A stretch of 64,000 nt of DNA from Paragordius varius (Eukaryota; Animalia; Nematomorpha), in NCBI GenBank assembly GCA_964247055.1, contig OZ176058.1, positions 186,001 through 250,000 of the forward strand, read 5' to 3'. Below the pieces are notes generated by a model. It worked only from the letters and a program-made list of their open reading frames with translations. It did no database searches and had not been told where the DNA came from. The translations under genes and the position numbers were made by a program. This document shows positions 62,961-64,000 of the stretch, piece after piece; positions within the stretch are counted from its first letter, which is position 1; every line of letters starts with the position of its first letter.

Positions 62961-63489
62961 TTATGGAAATGTATAGCTTAGGGCCAGAAAAAGGCAATAT
63001 TACAGGGGTACTAGGTCATCAAAAATGCCTTGAATTAACTTTTTGATATGGTTAAATGGCAGAAAAAGGGAAATTTTCCAAATAACTAAGTTTGAGTTTA
63101 AATCTCATATATCTTTGAAATTCTGAACATAATTATCTACATTTCAAAATCCTCCGTATATTATATTTTTTTGTGTAAGTGTTTTATATATATAAGTATT
63201 TTAGAACTAAATTCCTACAATATAGCCAAATTATTAGGCATTGTTAGTTTAACTGATAAAATTTTATATATAATTCCCTTATCATTTTTACTGAAAAATA
63301 GCGCTTTTTAAATAAAATTTAAAATTATTAACGGGTTAAAATACGCCAAATTTAATTAATCTAAAGTCGTCGTAATATTCACTCTGCGTTAAGTTTTTTA
63401 ACTTTAAGTTTTGATTTAAAATCTAAAAAATATATTTTAAAAAAAAATTAACAAAATATTATAAAATTATTCAATGTTTATATGAATGT

Positions 63490-63691
63490 ATGCCATCTCA
63501 ACAGCAAAAAAATAAGTTGAGGCAAGTTGAAAAGCAAAAACAATTGCAGGAACGACAAACCAAGTTAAATGAACGCAAAAAAGATCGAGAAAATTCTGAA
63601 TCAGACGAAGAAAATTTGCAAACAGACGAAAAAAATTTGAAAGAAAATTTAAATTCAGAAATAATTCATTCTCATCAAGCAATAAATAAAG
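63490..63691 (+). CDS. Probable first coding exon of an unidentified gene (K/Q/E-rich, coiled-coil-like N-terminus)
   Basis: ATG at 63490 opens MPSQQQKNKLRQVEKQKQLQERQTKLNERKKDRENSESDEE. GC and purine content are raised over the flanks. Plausible donor AAAG|GTTTTC at 63692 matches the weak donor type used by the other genes. Confidence 0.55.
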
Positions 63692-64000
63692 GTTTTCATA
63701 TATAAATTTAATTATATTGTGTAACTTTTACCTAAATACTATTCAAATAATTTATTTTTATTAAGTAGCAATTTTTATTTCTATATTAATTTAAAGCTTA
63801 TTATAGGAATTATATATTTCATTTTTTAAAGTTTTCCCGTTATTTCCACATAAAATCTCAATGTTTTTATTTATAAAACTCAAAAAAAAAATTTCGAAAA
63901 CCATAAAAAACCAAATAGCCTTTAAAATCCGTTCAATATAATCTTCATTTCATTATAAAACACTAAACTTTTTTTAGGTATTTTTCAAAAAATTTATAAT

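Overview
Extremely AT-rich eukaryotic (metazoan-like, organism not identifiable) genomic DNA; introns look roughly 90% AT by eye. Three intron-rich housekeeping genes were spliced by hand with consistent phases: a 5'-partial N-acetylglucosamine kinase (+, 324-12383), RAD23 (-, 15866-29473, 10 exons, 390 aa) and alanine aminotransferase (-, 35662-57306, 16 exons, about 637 aa). A probable first exon of a fourth gene starts at 63490. Intergenic DNA is packed with two TA-flanked MITE families. The most unusual structure: about 20 of the roughly 68 splice junctions are followed into the adjacent intron by tandem 'echo' copies (mostly 140-300 bp units) of that same exon edge plus its splice site. 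Many copies differ from the live exon mainly at synonymous sites. The palindrome CAGCTG is hugely enriched in gene bodies, including in codons, and often sits at echo boundaries. Coordinates and counts are hand-derived and may be off by a few bases.
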